The translations under genes and the position numbers were made by a program. Shown piece by piece: positions 1 through 9,995 of a stretch of 64,000 bases of DNA. A model generated the notes under the pieces. That model had not been told where the DNA came from. It saw nothing but the letters and a program-made list of their open reading frames with translations, and did no database searches. How positions within the stretch are numbered: position 1 is the stretch's first letter; every line of letters begins with the position of its first letter. The DNA lies in contig JAZNSL010000056.1 in the NCBI GenBank assembly GCA_045591225.1, positions 19,123 through 83,122 of the forward strand. Reading direction: 5' to 3'. The DNA comes from Acutalibacteraceae bacterium. GTDB lineage: Bacteria > Bacillota > Clostridia > Oscillospirales > Acutalibacteraceae.

Positions 1-1
1 C

Positions 2-943
2 GTTCATGGAGGAGGCCTCGGCGGCGGTCCACTTCTGAATACCGTCCATCTGCACGTAGGTGTAGTTGTCGCTCAGGCCGGCCTTAAAGTCGGCGATACA
101 GGCGTTGATGATTACCAGCTGCGCATCTACCTCGTCCTGGGTGGCGTTGTCGTTTTGCAGCACGGCCTGGGCGGCGGCGATCTCGTCAGCATAGGTGGTG
201 GCGTCCAGAGCCGCCAGTTTGCCCACGGCGGCGGTCAGGTCACCCTTGCTGACGTTACTGCCGGTGGCGGAGCGGTACAGCTCCACGGCGGAATAGTAGC
301 AGGTGTTCTCGTCGGTGCCGCCGTAGCACAGCATAGAAATGCCGGAGGCATAATTCTTCATATAGTCGTAGATGTCGGTGCCGGGGGCGGAACCGTTGGC
401 TTTGAAAGAGGCGAAATCAAAGTAGAAATAGCCCTGGCTGTCCTTCACCGGGGTGCCCTCCCAATACCACATCTTGGAGGAATAGTTGGCGGCATTGGTG
501 ACACGGAAGGTGATCTTGGTGAAGTTTGCAGGCTGAACGTTGCCGTTGAGCACCGCCACGCGGATACCCTCGTAGTCGGCGTAGTTCACACTGCCGGACT
601 GGGGTGCCCACACGTTGCCGGCGGTGCAGGGACCGCCGGTGCCGTAGGTCCAGTTGACAATACAGTTGTTGTAGTTCTGGGAGCCACCCTTAACAGCCTT
701 GATGGCCTGCTTGCCATTGCCCACGATGTACTGGGCGTCGGTGACCACCGTCAGCTTGGTGATACAGCCGTTGGCATAGCCGTTGTTGCCGCTGGACTTG
801 TCCAGTTCGGTCTGGGTCCAGGTGGTGAAACCGTTCAGGTCAACGGTTTCGTACCCGTCTGCCGCCACGGTGAAAACGCCCAGACCGCCAAACAGGCTGA
901 GCAGCATACACAGGGACAGCATCATGGAAAGAACCTTTTTCAT
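2..943 (-). CDS. secreted protein with N-terminal signal peptide (C-terminus beyond window edge)
   Basis: Absent from the ORF track because it runs off the window. Reverse complement from ATG 943-941 reads MKKVLSMMLSLCMLLSLFGGLGVFTVAADGYETVDL... and I found no stop down to position 2. RBS AAAGGAAG lies upstream. The listed + ORF 155..997 is its antisense shadow. Confidence 0.6.
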   Translation of the reverse strand, partial: MKKVLSMMLSLCMLLSLFGGLGVFTVAADGYETVDLNGFTTWTQTELDKSSGNNGYANGCITKLTVVTDAQYIVGNGKQAIKAVKGGSQNYNNCIVNWTYGTGGPCTAGNVWAPQSGSVNYADYEGIRVAVLNGNVQPANFTKITFRVTNAANYSSKMWYWEGTPVKDSQGYFYFDFASFKANGSAPGTDIYDYMKNYASGISMLCYGGTDENTCYYSAVELYRSATGSNVSKGDLTAAVGKLAALDATTYADEIAAAQAVLQNDNATQDEVDAQLVIINACIADFKAGLSDNYTYVQMDGIQKWTAAEASSMN

Positions 944-1099
944 ATGCATCTTCCTTTCTTATCGGTAATACTATATACCCAATTAATGATACCATAACCG
1001 AATGGGAAAGTAAACATAAAAAACAGCTTTTTTGTTGCGATTTTGGGTATTTTTCCAAACAAAAAACCGCCACCCACACGGGTGGCGGTTTTCATAAGC

Positions 1100-1321
1100 T
1101 TACATCAGGTCGTCGATGAGCTCCTTAATGGCTTCGGCGGAGTTGAAGTTGTCCGGGATGATCTCGTCGTTGGGGATCACGATGCCATACTGCTCGGCGA
1201 TCTCAGCGATGATGGAGATAACGTCCAGAGAATCAATGACGTTATCGTCTACCAGAGCCTCTTCGTTGACAAAATCCACGTTGGGCTTGACCTTGTTCAG
1301 CAATGCGATCAGCTTATCCAT
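1100..1321 (-). CDS. acyl/D-alanyl carrier protein (DltC-like)
   Basis: 73 aa with a DSLDVISII phosphopantetheine-Ser motif. Its ATG overlaps the stop of the upstream ligase gene by 1 nt (TAATG). Confidence 0.8.
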   Translation of the reverse strand: MDKLIALLNKVKPNVDFVNEEALVDDNVIDSLDVISIIAEIAEQYGIVIPNDEIIPDNFNSAEAIKELIDDLM

Positions 1322-2811
1322 TATATCTTACCTCCTTCGTACCAGTCTTTTACCATATTTTTGACCTCTCTGCGCAACAGTTTACCGTTAAAGGTTTTGG
1401 GCAGGGAGTCAACGGTGACAATGGTTTTGGGCACCTTATAGCCCTCCAGATGCTCGATGAGGTAGGCCTCAAAGGCGTCCTCGGAATAGCCCTCTTTGGG
1501 GATGATCAGCATCACCGGAGCTTCGCCGGTGAGGGGGTCCGGGCGGGAGGTATAGGCGCACTCCATCAGATAGGGATATCCCATGGCGCAATCCTCCACC
1601 TCGCCGGGGGCGATCTTACTGCCGCCGAAGTTGATGACGTCGTCGGCGCGGCCTTTCAGAATGCAGCGGCCCTCTTCATCCAAATAAGCCAGGTCGCTGG
1701 TCTTGACGTAGCCGTCGCAGATGGTGTCGGCGGTCATCTCGGGGGCGTTGTAATAGCCCTCCATTACGATATCGCCGCCCCACAACAGCAGGCAGGGGTT
1801 GTCCTCGCTGGCTTTGTCGGTGACGTTGCCGTCGCCGTCGATAAACCGCACCTTGGAGTTGACGGTGGGTCGGCCCACGCAACCGGGACGGTTATCGGGG
1901 CTGTTGAAGTTCAGGATGCAGGAACAGCCCGCCTCGGTAGAGCCGTAGAGGTTGTACATCCGCTTATCCGGCAACAACTCCATCAGCCGCTTTTTATCGT
2001 GCTCCGGCAGGGGCGCAGAACCCAGCTGGATGTAGTCGATCTGGTCACGATAGGTGGCCAGACGGTCGTCGGACAGCTGGAAGATCATGCTCAGCGCCGC
2101 CGGCGCCAGCGCCATAGCGGTGGCGTGGTATTTGTCCATCAGTTTCCACAGCACGCCGATAAAGGCCACGCCGTCCATCAGGCAGACGGTACTGCCGTTG
2201 ACCATATTGGTCTGGTAGCGGCGCATGGCAAAGGAATGGTTCAGCGGCATGGGGATGATCTCCACGTTATCGGGTTTCATCTCGGTGCCGTACATCACGT
2301 TTTCCGCGATGGCCACGTCGTTTTTGTGCAGGACCATCACGCCTTTGGACACGCCGGTGGTACCGGTGGTGTACAGCAGCATCGAGCGGTCCAGAGAACC
2401 GGGGAAGGCGGTGTCGTACAGCTCTTGCTCCGGCAGGGATTTGCACAGGGCCTTTATATCGATAAAGGGATAGGCGCCCACCGGCTGGTCGTTGATGACC
2501 GCCGCTGCATCGGCGGTACCGGCCACGTCGTTCAGACGGTCGATGCCGGTGGTCTTCTCCAGCGGCACCGGCACGGCGCCGATATACTGCAGGGCGGTGA
2601 ACACCGTCAGAAAATCAATGTTCTGCAGGTTGCGCATCACCACGTGGTCGCCCTTTTTGATGCCGTGGGCCACCAAGGCGCCGGCGGCCTTGCGGATGTT
2701 GTCCCAGTACTCGCCATAGGTAACGCTGCGCCGCACTTCACAGACCGCCAGTTTATCCGGCTGGGACTGGGCGTAGTCGGCGATGTATTGAAGGATCGTG
2801 TCTTTTTTCAT
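1321..2811 (-). CDS. AMP-dependent adenylate-forming ligase (DltA-like carrier-protein ligase)
   Basis: 496 aa. Has the AMP-binding motif LLYTTGTTGVSKGV, the later YGSTEAG and GDxxxxDEEG motifs, and a C-terminal LPKTFNGK. Confidence 0.85.
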   Translation of the reverse strand: MKKDTILQYIADYAQSQPDKLAVCEVRRSVTYGEYWDNIRKAAGALVAHGIKKGDHVVMRNLQNIDFLTVFTALQYIGAVPVPLEKTTGIDRLNDVAGTADAAAVINDQPVGAYPFIDIKALCKSLPEQELYDTAFPGSLDRSMLLYTTGTTGVSKGVMVLHKNDVAIAENVMYGTEMKPDNVEIIPMPLNHSFAMRRYQTNMVNGSTVCLMDGVAFIGVLWKLMDKYHATAMALAPAALSMIFQLSDDRLATYRDQIDYIQLGSAPLPEHDKKRLMELLPDKRMYNLYGSTEAGCSCILNFNSPDNRPGCVGRPTVNSKVRFIDGDGNVTDKASEDNPCLLLWGGDIVMEGYYNAPEMTADTICDGYVKTSDLAYLDEEGRCILKGRADDVINFGGSKIAPGEVEDCAMGYPYLMECAYTSRPDPLTGEAPVMLIIPKEGYSEDAFEAYLIEHLEGYKVPKTIVTVDSLPKTFNGKLLRREVKNMVKDWYEGGKI

Positions 2812-2829
2812 AACGTTTGTTCCTCTGAA

Positions 2830-4266
2830 TTACAGGTTAAACCAACCAGTCTGCATCAGGCCCCAAGACAGCAGGCTCATCAGCAGAATGATCACAACGG
2901 TCAAGAGGATACCCTTCTTAAACATAAAGGAGGGCTTCATGCCGTAGCCCACCGGCACGGAACGCACGGAGGTGGGCAGGGTGTAGGACAGGTTAACGCC
3001 GATGGTGGCGATGAATACGTAGGGGATGGGGTTCAGACCGGCACCCTGGGTAATGGAGATAACAATCGGAATGGCCACGGCGGCGGTGGCGGTGTTGGAG
3101 GTCACGTCGGACAGGATGATGGTCACGGTCACGATGATCAGGATGGTGACGAAACCGCCGGCCAGACCCATGTTGGAGATGGCATCGCCGATGCACTTAT
3201 CGGCACCGGAGCCGGTCAGCAGTTTACCTGCGGCCAGACCGCCGGCGAAGACGTACATCAGGGACCACACGATCTTGGTCTGCACCATGTTCCACTTCAT
3301 CAGCTGAGAGCCGTCCTTGTTCTTCACCAGGAAGGACAGCACCGCGCAGATGATGAACATATAAGCGGGCTTCAGACCGGGCAGAAGGTCGGCGTACAGC
3401 TCGCGGGCAAAGGACATCACGGTGGCAACCACGAACAGGGACAGGCAGACGATCTCCTGGGTGTTCATTTTGCCCATCTCGGCACGCATCTGCTTAAAGT
3501 ACTCCTTGGAGCCATCCAGCTGAACGCCCTTGGGCTTGATGATCAGCAGGTACACGATGTTGGAAACGATCAGCACCAGCATAATGGGCAGGAACTTGAC
3601 CACCCAGTCGGTGTACATATACTCGGTACCGGTGAGTTGCTGGATGTAATCCACCACCACCAGGTTCATGGCGCCGCCCAGGGGCGAGGCCAGACCGCCC
3701 ATACCGGCACCCCAGGCGATGGTCATCAGGATCAGAGAACCGGTCTGGTTGCCGGAGATCTCCTTGATACCCACGTATTTCAGCATAGAAACCGCGATGG
3801 GGGTAATGGTGGCGCACACCACGGCGTTGGGCAACACAGCGGACAGCAGGGTGGACAGCAGGAACCAGAAAATGATGTGGGAGGTGAGGGAGGTACCCAG
3901 CATACCCAGGAACATAGCGGCAATACGCTTGTCCAGGCCGGTCATCTCCCAGGACACGGTGAGGATGGAGGCACCCAGCAACAGCAGGATGGTCTCGGAG
4001 GCATACTGGGAGATGATCTCCTTCATATCCACCAGGGACAGCAGGGCGTTGACGGCGATGGGCAGGAAGGCGGTGACGGCATAGTCCACCGGACCGGTGA
4101 CCCACCAATAGGCCATCCACACCACCGTACCGATGGCGGCACGGGCCTCAAAGGCCGGGAACAGGCTTTCCGGGATGAGCAGGGTACACAACAGCATCAG
4201 GATCGGACCGATGGCAATGTGCATCCAAAAGAGGCTCTTCTTGGTTGCTTTTGACATACATTTCAC
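2830..4266 (-). CDS. DASS/SLC13-type (ArsB/NhaD superfamily) anion permease
   Basis: 478 aa, hydrophobic throughout with many predicted TM segments. The N-terminal AYWWVTGPV..AFLPIA pattern is typical of Na+/anion symporters. Confidence 0.6.
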   Translation of the reverse strand: MKCMSKATKKSLFWMHIAIGPILMLLCTLLIPESLFPAFEARAAIGTVVWMAYWWVTGPVDYAVTAFLPIAVNALLSLVDMKEIISQYASETILLLLGASILTVSWEMTGLDKRIAAMFLGMLGTSLTSHIIFWFLLSTLLSAVLPNAVVCATITPIAVSMLKYVGIKEISGNQTGSLILMTIAWGAGMGGLASPLGGAMNLVVVDYIQQLTGTEYMYTDWVVKFLPIMLVLIVSNIVYLLIIKPKGVQLDGSKEYFKQMRAEMGKMNTQEIVCLSLFVVATVMSFARELYADLLPGLKPAYMFIICAVLSFLVKNKDGSQLMKWNMVQTKIVWSLMYVFAGGLAAGKLLTGSGADKCIGDAISNMGLAGGFVTILIIVTVTIILSDVTSNTATAAVAIPIVISITQGAGLNPIPYVFIATIGVNLSYTLPTSVRSVPVGYGMKPSFMFKKGILLTVVIILLMSLLSWGLMQTGWFNL

Positions 4267-4285
4267 TCCTTTGAACGTTTAGGGT

Positions 4286-5401
4286 TTATTTCGAGGCCTT
4301 TTTCAGGGCTTTCTCACAGTTCTTTTCCCAAGTCTTTTTCATTTTCTTATACTCAGTGTTCCAGGCCTTGCAACTCTTTTTCCATTCTTTTTTCTGCGAA
4401 TCGGAGAGGGTTACGTTATCCAAGGTATAGTTTTCGGCCAGGTAGTTGGCAACGTAGCGGGTAACCTTTTCCGCACCCACCACGTTGACGTGCAGCGAGT
4501 TGTAGAAATCGGTTTTATAATCGATGCCGGTTTCCTCCATAGCGTCCGCCAGGTTCAGATAAGGATACTGTTTCTCGGCGACGTAATCCGCAAAACTCTT
4601 TTGCATAGAGGCCATATTCTCGTCCATATAGTAGGGGGTGGACAGGAACAGCAGCTCCACGTTGTTGTCGGCGGCGTACTGCACCACCTTGTCGATGAGG
4701 GCCTTATGCTGGTCGGTCAGTTCAAAACCCTCTTTCAACTTCTGTTCCGGGTTTTTATCGGGCATCACCTTTACGCCGTCGTGGAGGTAGGTGGATTTAT
4801 AGGTGTCTTTTTCGGGGGAGATACGCCACATACGCTCTTCCAAGGGTAGGGTGTACTCCAGCGAGTGCCATTTCAGCACCGGGATATGCCAATTCAGTTC
4901 GCAATCCCCCTCGGTGTCCACGTAGTTTTCGTGGATGAGGTTGAAGCGGGTGGAGGAGTGGCGCATACCGCCGGCGATGACCCCCAGCACCCAGCTCTGC
5001 ATATCCGGGTCGGCAAATTCGTGGTCGGTGACTTCGTATACGTGTTGGTTGAGCAGGGAACGGATCTCCACCACCACCACGTCGGGGGTTTGGGTCTTGG
5101 CTACCTCCTCGATGATGTAGGGTACCGTGCCAAAGGGCTGGCGGTTGCTGCCGATGGTGAAGGAGGTGAACCCCTGCTCCTCATAGGCCAGGGTGGGCAT
5201 CCAGTAGCGGTAGATGGCGCTGGAGCCGATGGTGACCACGTTGAGCGAGTCGTCATCCTCTTGATAGAAATACTCCCAGATGTCGTAGCTGTAAGAGCCG
5301 TCGAAATAGGGACGGCCGATGTAACCGGCATACTGGATCGCCGCAAAGAAGATAGCGAAAAACGAGATACCGGCAATTATGCGTTTGATGGTCTGTTTCA
5401 T
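4286..5401 (-). CDS. membrane-anchored DltD/SGNH-like accessory protein of the acylation operon
   Basis: 371 aa with a single N-terminal TM (IIAGISFFAIFFAAI) and then a soluble domain. It lies directly downstream of the MBOAT gene, as in dlt/alg-type operons. Confidence 0.45.
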   Translation of the reverse strand: MKQTIKRIIAGISFFAIFFAAIQYAGYIGRPYFDGSYSYDIWEYFYQEDDDSLNVVTIGSSAIYRYWMPTLAYEEQGFTSFTIGSNRQPFGTVPYIIEEVAKTQTPDVVVVEIRSLLNQHVYEVTDHEFADPDMQSWVLGVIAGGMRHSSTRFNLIHENYVDTEGDCELNWHIPVLKWHSLEYTLPLEERMWRISPEKDTYKSTYLHDGVKVMPDKNPEQKLKEGFELTDQHKALIDKVVQYAADNNVELLFLSTPYYMDENMASMQKSFADYVAEKQYPYLNLADAMEETGIDYKTDFYNSLHVNVVGAEKVTRYVANYLAENYTLDNVTLSDSQKKEWKKSCKAWNTEYKKMKKTWEKNCEKALKKASK

Positions 5402-5417
5402 ACCCTATCTCCTTTCC

Positions 5418-7016
5418 TTAGAACTGCTCGTAGATGAAGGACCGACCGGCACCGGCGCCGTAATGGCCCAGCACGAACACGGCAATGAGTCCCACCAACA
5501 GAACCACCCAGCGCAGCCAGATGTTCTGCTCAGCCAGCCAATCCCGGACGGTGGCGGTGTTGCCGGCCTTTTTCATCAGTTCCTGGGCCAGGGACACGCC
5601 AAACAGCACCACACAGCCGAAGACGATGACGTTGACCAGCTGGTAGTAGTGCTCCTCACTGCTGCAGAAGACCAGATGATCCGGGGCAACCGGGGTGTCG
5701 GAAAACACCTTTTTCAGCATGGTGAAGGCGGCGTCTACGGTGGGGGCAATAAAGATGATGCGGCCGATCACGCACAGCATGAAGGTGCGGAGCATACGGA
5801 ACAGGCTGAAACTGAAGCAGTCCCGTTTGATATGTAATTTATCGGACAGGGTGTTGATGGGATTCTCAAAGGCGGTGGACAGGGAGATGAGAATGCCGTG
5901 GAACAGACCCCAACAGATAAAGTTCCAGCTGGGACCGTGCCACAGACCGGTCAACAGCCACACCGACAGAATCGGCACGCAGGAGGCCAGAATACGCCCC
6001 AGCTCACTGCCCAGCAGTTTGCGGGCGTTGGTGTTGATCTTGAGGAATATCTTGGAGGTGGACACCGGGTAGAAGATGTAATCCTTGAAGAAAGTACCCA
6101 GAGAGATGTGCCACCGACGCCAGAACTCCGGCAGGGTCTGGGAGAAATAGGGACGGGCAAAGTTCTCGGACAGGCGGATGCCGAAGCACTCGGAGGCACC
6201 GCGGACGATGTCCATACAACCGGAGAAATCGCAGTAGATCTGGATGGAATACAGCACACCCGCCCACAGGAAGATGAGACCGGCGTATTCCTCCCAGCCG
6301 CCGAAGATGCCGTCGGTGAAGATGGCAATGCCGTCGGCGATGACCGCCTTCTTGAAATAACCCCACAGCATCAGCCAGGCGCCTTTGATGAAGGTATCGT
6401 AGTCGAATTTGCGCTGGGCGTAGATTTGGGGAGCCACCAGGTTAAACCGGGCGATGGGGCCTTGGGTCACGTGGGGGAAATACAGCACGTAGGCGGCGTA
6501 TTTGAGGAAGTTCTTTTCTGCCGTGATCTTACCGTTGTACAGGTCGGTCAGATAGGAGATCATCATAAAGGTGTAGAAGGAGATGCCCAGCGGCACCACC
6601 AGCGTCATCCCGGGGATCTGGCTCAGATTCAGGGCGCCGAGGACGGTGTTCAGGTTGGTGACCATAAAGCCGGTGTACCGCAACACCGCCAGAATGGCGA
6701 TGACGATCACCAAGGCCCAGACGAAATACTTCTTGCGCTTACGCTTCATTTCGTCCTTGATGCCGCGGGCCTGCTTGCGGTCCAGGTCTTTGATCCGCCG
6801 GGCGGTCTCGTCCAGATTTTTCTGCATCTTCTGGGCGAAGAAGTACACGATGACCGCGGTGGCCAACACGATCAGCAGATTTTCCCACCCGGAAAAGGTG
6901 TAGAATACCACACTGGCCGCCAACAATATATAGGGCTGTGTCTTTTTGGGGAAGGTGTAGTACACCAACAGAGAAATCGCCAAAAAGGCCAAAAAGGACA
7001 GCGAGATCACAGACAT
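5418..7016 (-). CDS. MBOAT family O-acyltransferase (DltB/AlgI-like)
   Basis: 532 aa polytopic membrane protein. It carries the MBOAT signature FWRRWHISLGTFFKDYIFYP. Confidence 0.85.
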   Translation of the reverse strand: MSVISLSFLAFLAISLLVYYTFPKKTQPYILLAASVVFYTFSGWENLLIVLATAVIVYFFAQKMQKNLDETARRIKDLDRKQARGIKDEMKRKRKKYFVWALVIVIAILAVLRYTGFMVTNLNTVLGALNLSQIPGMTLVVPLGISFYTFMMISYLTDLYNGKITAEKNFLKYAAYVLYFPHVTQGPIARFNLVAPQIYAQRKFDYDTFIKGAWLMLWGYFKKAVIADGIAIFTDGIFGGWEEYAGLIFLWAGVLYSIQIYCDFSGCMDIVRGASECFGIRLSENFARPYFSQTLPEFWRRWHISLGTFFKDYIFYPVSTSKIFLKINTNARKLLGSELGRILASCVPILSVWLLTGLWHGPSWNFICWGLFHGILISLSTAFENPINTLSDKLHIKRDCFSFSLFRMLRTFMLCVIGRIIFIAPTVDAAFTMLKKVFSDTPVAPDHLVFCSSEEHYYQLVNVIVFGCVVLFGVSLAQELMKKAGNTATVRDWLAEQNIWLRWVVLLVGLIAVFVLGHYGAGAGRSFIYEQF

Positions 7017-7228
7017 AATGGTAAGCCTCCTTAAAGAGAGAGTTCCGCGTTTGGATAAAAATAGATATATTCATACCATTTTATCCTACCATAAAATTCC
7101 GCAGAAATCAACAGTTTTCTCGGTGGGGGTACCGATATTGTAGGATGCTCCAAATCGTGGAAAACGGCCCTGCCGAAAATAGCGGTTTTGACGAGCCGGG
7201 GGATTATATGCGGGCAAAGCCCATGATA

Positions 7229-7488
7229 CTAATAAAGGCGCTTTAATTGACGACACCTGCATACAAAAAGTCTGCAGAAACCGGGGAAGGCTCCCCTTGA
7301 GGACGCAAGGGGAGCTGTCGGCGATAGCCGACTGAGGGGATTCGATAAGAACACAACCCCCCCGTCATCGGCAACGCAGTTGCTACGGAGAATGGAGCAA
7401 AGCGACAACGAGACACCTCCCAAAGGGAGAGACAAGGCAACGCTGAAAGCTTTGCGAACCCCCCCGGCTCAGCCGGGGGGCGCATACA
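7229..7488. repeat. GC-rich hairpin-array repeat, copy A (chromosomal)
   Basis: A chain of short GC hairpins: ctccccttgaggacgcaaggggag, gtcggcgatagccgac, gcaacgcagttgc, cccccccggctcagccgggggg. It has the same modular style as copies at 25190-25648 and 54212-54650. Confidence 0.7.
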
Positions 7489-7518
7489 ACAAAATAAGGC
7501 AGGGCGAAAAGCCCTGCC
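7489..7518 (-). terminator. rho-independent terminator of 7549..7785
   Basis: On the minus strand, ggcagggc-ttttc-gccctgcc is followed by ttattttgt. Confidence 0.7.
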
Positions 7519-7548
7519 GTTGCGGTTTGTTTATCGTTATTTGGGTGG

Positions 7549-7785
7549 TCAATAGGCCAACAGGTTATCAATAACCTCTAATAGATGAAACGAGGCAACC
7601 TCTTCCCGGTTGCACATATCCACAAAGTCCTCGCACCGCTCTTTGGATACAAAAAGGTCCGGTACTGTATGTAGGCATTTTCGCCCGGTACCGGATCCGC
7701 TCCACGCCCGGATACCGTAACCGGTATAGGCGTTTCCCTGTTCATCTGTTTCGTTGGTTATGATCATCTCGTAGACACAATCCAA
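7549..7785 (-). CDS. small hypothetical protein
   Basis: 78-aa ORF immediately downstream of the XRE gene on the same strand and followed by a terminator. I recognise no motif. Confidence 0.5.
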   Translation of the reverse strand: MDCVYEMIITNETDEQGNAYTGYGIRAWSGSGTGRKCLHTVPDLFVSKERCEDFVDMCNREEVASFHLLEVIDNLLAY

Positions 7786-7791
7786 AATCCT

Positions 7792-8007
7792 TCATTCCGT
7801 TTCTGTGTTTAGTAGGTCGGATACCGTATAGTCTGTATAAGCGGCCAGTTTTTGCATGGTGCTCAGTTTTGGATCGCTTCGCTCTCGCTCTAGCAAACTG
7901 AGCGCCTCGGTGCTGATACCGCAGTGGGCTGCGAACTCTATTTGCGATTCTTGCATTTGCTTGCGAATCGCTTTTATGTTTCGAGCTAACGCAACCATTT
8001 CCGGCAT
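7792..8007 (-). CDS. XRE-family HTH transcriptional regulator
   Basis: I chose the internal start MPEMVALARNIKAIRKQMQESQIEFAAHCGISTEALSLLERE... because an RBS (agaggt) precedes ATG 8007-8005. The HTH_3 pattern is classic. Confidence 0.75.
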   Translation of the reverse strand: MPEMVALARNIKAIRKQMQESQIEFAAHCGISTEALSLLERERSDPKLSTMQKLAAYTDYTVSDLLNTETE

Positions 8008-8132
8008 AATACGACCTCTGTTCCATTGTAGCCCGAGGGTTTGCTTTCCGTCTACGGAATGCATTACGGATTTTGAAGTAAAAAGAATGTTGGGTTGGGG
8101 ATATCTCCAACCCAACACGCCTTGTCACTCGG

Positions 8133-8573
8133 TTATGGCTTGGTGTAATAATCTTCTTGACTGGTTCCGATGATTTCCTCAGAAGCACTGCCGCTGTACA
8201 CCGTGTAGGTAGCCCGGACACGGTAACGGCCGCTGCTGGTGAGGGTTTTGGTTTTAGAGAGCACACCATCCACTCCGTTAAAGGTGCCTTGCCAGGAGGC
8301 GATGGTGGTCCACTGCAACGCCAGATACTGTTGCAGGGTCATTTTGATATGAACTTTGGTGGTGATACCGTCATAGCCTTCGACATCTGCAGTACAAACG
8401 GCCACTCCGGCGGTGGTGATGTTTAGCCCGGTAGCGGTGTAGTTGGTGTAACTAAACCGGGGCTGTGCGCCGGTTCCTTCGGCGGAGACGATGCCGCCGG
8501 ACCACACGTTCATAGACAGCAGCAGTACCACACTCATTACCAAACATAGCAACGAGCGTATTCGTTTGGACAT
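8133..8573 (-). CDS. secreted hypothetical protein
   Basis: 146 aa with signal peptide MSKRIRSLLCLVMSVVLLLSMNVWSGGIVSAEG. Confidence 0.6.
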   Translation of the reverse strand: MSKRIRSLLCLVMSVVLLLSMNVWSGGIVSAEGTGAQPRFSYTNYTATGLNITTAGVAVCTADVEGYDGITTKVHIKMTLQQYLALQWTTIASWQGTFNGVDGVLSKTKTLTSSGRYRVRATYTVYSGSASEEIIGTSQEDYYTKP

Positions 8574-8666
8574 AACAAAAACCTCTCTTCTATTGTTGTT
8601 TCCAGACAGTTGTCAATTGTCTGAATTCCTATAACGGCAGTCGAAAGGTTTTTGTGACAAATTTTA

Positions 8667-9344
8667 TTAAAAAATTAAAGATTCTGCCATTTTTTGCAAT
8701 TCGTTGATAGAAACACTGCCGGAAAGGGTATAAGTGTATTTGTTATCTGAAAAAGTGATAGTGATAATATCTTCATTTTTATAGGTTAAGCCTTGCAGGT
8801 CGCCAATCGTTATGGTGGTATATTGGATATCTTCTGTATCTACTTGCATTTCTATATGTTTTTTCCATCGTTGAGCATAGCGTATTTTTTCGTTCTTTTC
8901 ATTCACATAGACAACCTTATAATATGTGTCCAAATCCGATTCTTCTTCCATCACATACCCCTCCGAGATATACGTAGGGGTGCGTTTTTCTATTTCCGTT
9001 ACCAGCACTCGGGGCTCCTGGTCCACAAAGAGCACCTGGGTAAATCTCTCATAGATTTCAGCGAAGAATTGGAATACCGGCTGGCGCAACGCCTCCACGC
9101 TGACGGTGGTTACGGTGGCCGCCGCCAAGACGGCGATCGCAACAGAGGCTACCCGGCGGCCAACCGTGCCGAACAGCACGTAGAAGCCCCGTTTCCGCCG
9201 GGCAAGCAACCGCTCCATCTGCCGGCGGTATTCCTGGGAGAGCGTTACGCGGGAGAGGGCACCATCGTCCGGTAACAGGGTGTTTTGACGGCGGACGTAT
9301 TCCGCCAGGGCGGCTGTCAGTTTATCGCTTTTATACAGATTCAT
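8667..9344 (-). CDS. putative anti-sigma factor / DUF4367-like membrane protein
   Basis: 225 aa with a single TM (VASVAIAVLAAATVTTV). Overlaps the upstream ECF sigma gene by 14 nt. Confidence 0.55.
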   Translation of the reverse strand: MNLYKSDKLTAALAEYVRRQNTLLPDDGALSRVTLSQEYRRQMERLLARRKRGFYVLFGTVGRRVASVAIAVLAAATVTTVSVEALRQPVFQFFAEIYERFTQVLFVDQEPRVLVTEIEKRTPTYISEGYVMEEESDLDTYYKVVYVNEKNEKIRYAQRWKKHIEMQVDTEDIQYTTITIGDLQGLTYKNEDIITITFSDNKYTYTLSGSVSINELQKMAESLIF

Positions 9345-9891
9345 ACGCTTCTCCTTTCAGCTGGCGGTTCATAGCCTCTGTCAGCATCATGCGGGCTCGC
9401 TCCAGCCGCTTGCGCACGGTGGCGTGGCTGATGCCCAGCACGATGGCGATCTGCTTGTCGCTCAGTTCGTGATAGGCCCGCAATTCCAGCACGGTGCGGT
9501 AGATTTCCGGCATTGCGGTGATGATCTCCACCAATTCCTCCACGGCGATCTGCTCCAGCAGGTCCGGGGTGGTTGCCATACCCCATTCGATGCGGTCATA
9601 GCTGACCCGCTTGTCCGGCTTTTCTTTCCGCAGAATGTCAATGGCGGTGTTCTCGGTAACAACAACGAGAAAACGCTTGGTTTTGTGACTGTCTATTTCC
9701 TCAATTTTGTAAAAACTATTGATGACCTTGATAAAGGCATCTTGCACCGCTTCTTCTGCCAGATGCTCGTTTTGCAGTTTTTGGTAGGCCACGTATTTCA
9801 TCAGCGGGGAATACAGGTGATAGAGTTGTTCAAATTTATCTTTATCTTCTTGTGAGTCTAATAAACTTAAATAAAATGATAGCATGTTCAA
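9331..9891 (-). CDS. RNA polymerase sigma-70 family (ECF-type) sigma factor
   Basis: 186 aa. The region 4 HTH reads LSDKQIAIVLGISHATVRKRLERAR, and there is a region 2-like N-terminus. Confidence 0.85.
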   Translation of the reverse strand: MNMLSFYLSLLDSQEDKDKFEQLYHLYSPLMKYVAYQKLQNEHLAEEAVQDAFIKVINSFYKIEEIDSHKTKRFLVVVTENTAIDILRKEKPDKRVSYDRIEWGMATTPDLLEQIAVEELVEIITAMPEIYRTVLELRAYHELSDKQIAIVLGISHATVRKRLERARMMLTEAMNRQLKGEAYESV

Positions 9892-9995
9892 TTCCTCCTC
9901 GCGGTGATTTGCCTTTGTTTATTATAGTATTTTGGGGGATAAATGCAAGAATTCCGCCGTGCGGTACACGGCGGAAGCCATATATGCGGATGAAA

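Noticed and set aside
155-997. 280-aa + strand ORF
   Set aside because: It is the antisense shadow of the signal-peptide protein read on the minus strand (2..943). It is Gly/Val/Ala-rich and lacks an RBS.
1303-4254. 983-aa + strand ORF, the longest ORF in the left flank
   Set aside because: It is antisense to three well-supported minus-strand genes (ligase, permease, start of the DltD-like gene). Its translation is low-complexity G/H/Q/D/V-rich with no motifs. This is a typical shadow ORF of GC-rich DNA.
5898-7034. 378-aa + strand ORF, and similar ORFs at 57719..58717 (+), 58714..59301 (+), 60706..61728 (-) and 61815..62690 (+)
   Set aside because: All lie antisense to genes with clear family motifs (MBOAT, ABC permease and ATPase, beta-helix protein, NTase). 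All have low-complexity GC-driven composition.
7229-7574. Overlapping 60-120 aa ORFs across the hairpin-array repeats (also 25167..25731 and 54212..54594)
   Set aside because: They occur in several frames on both strands over the same bases. They lack RBSs and consist of translated palindromes. The repeat structure explains them.
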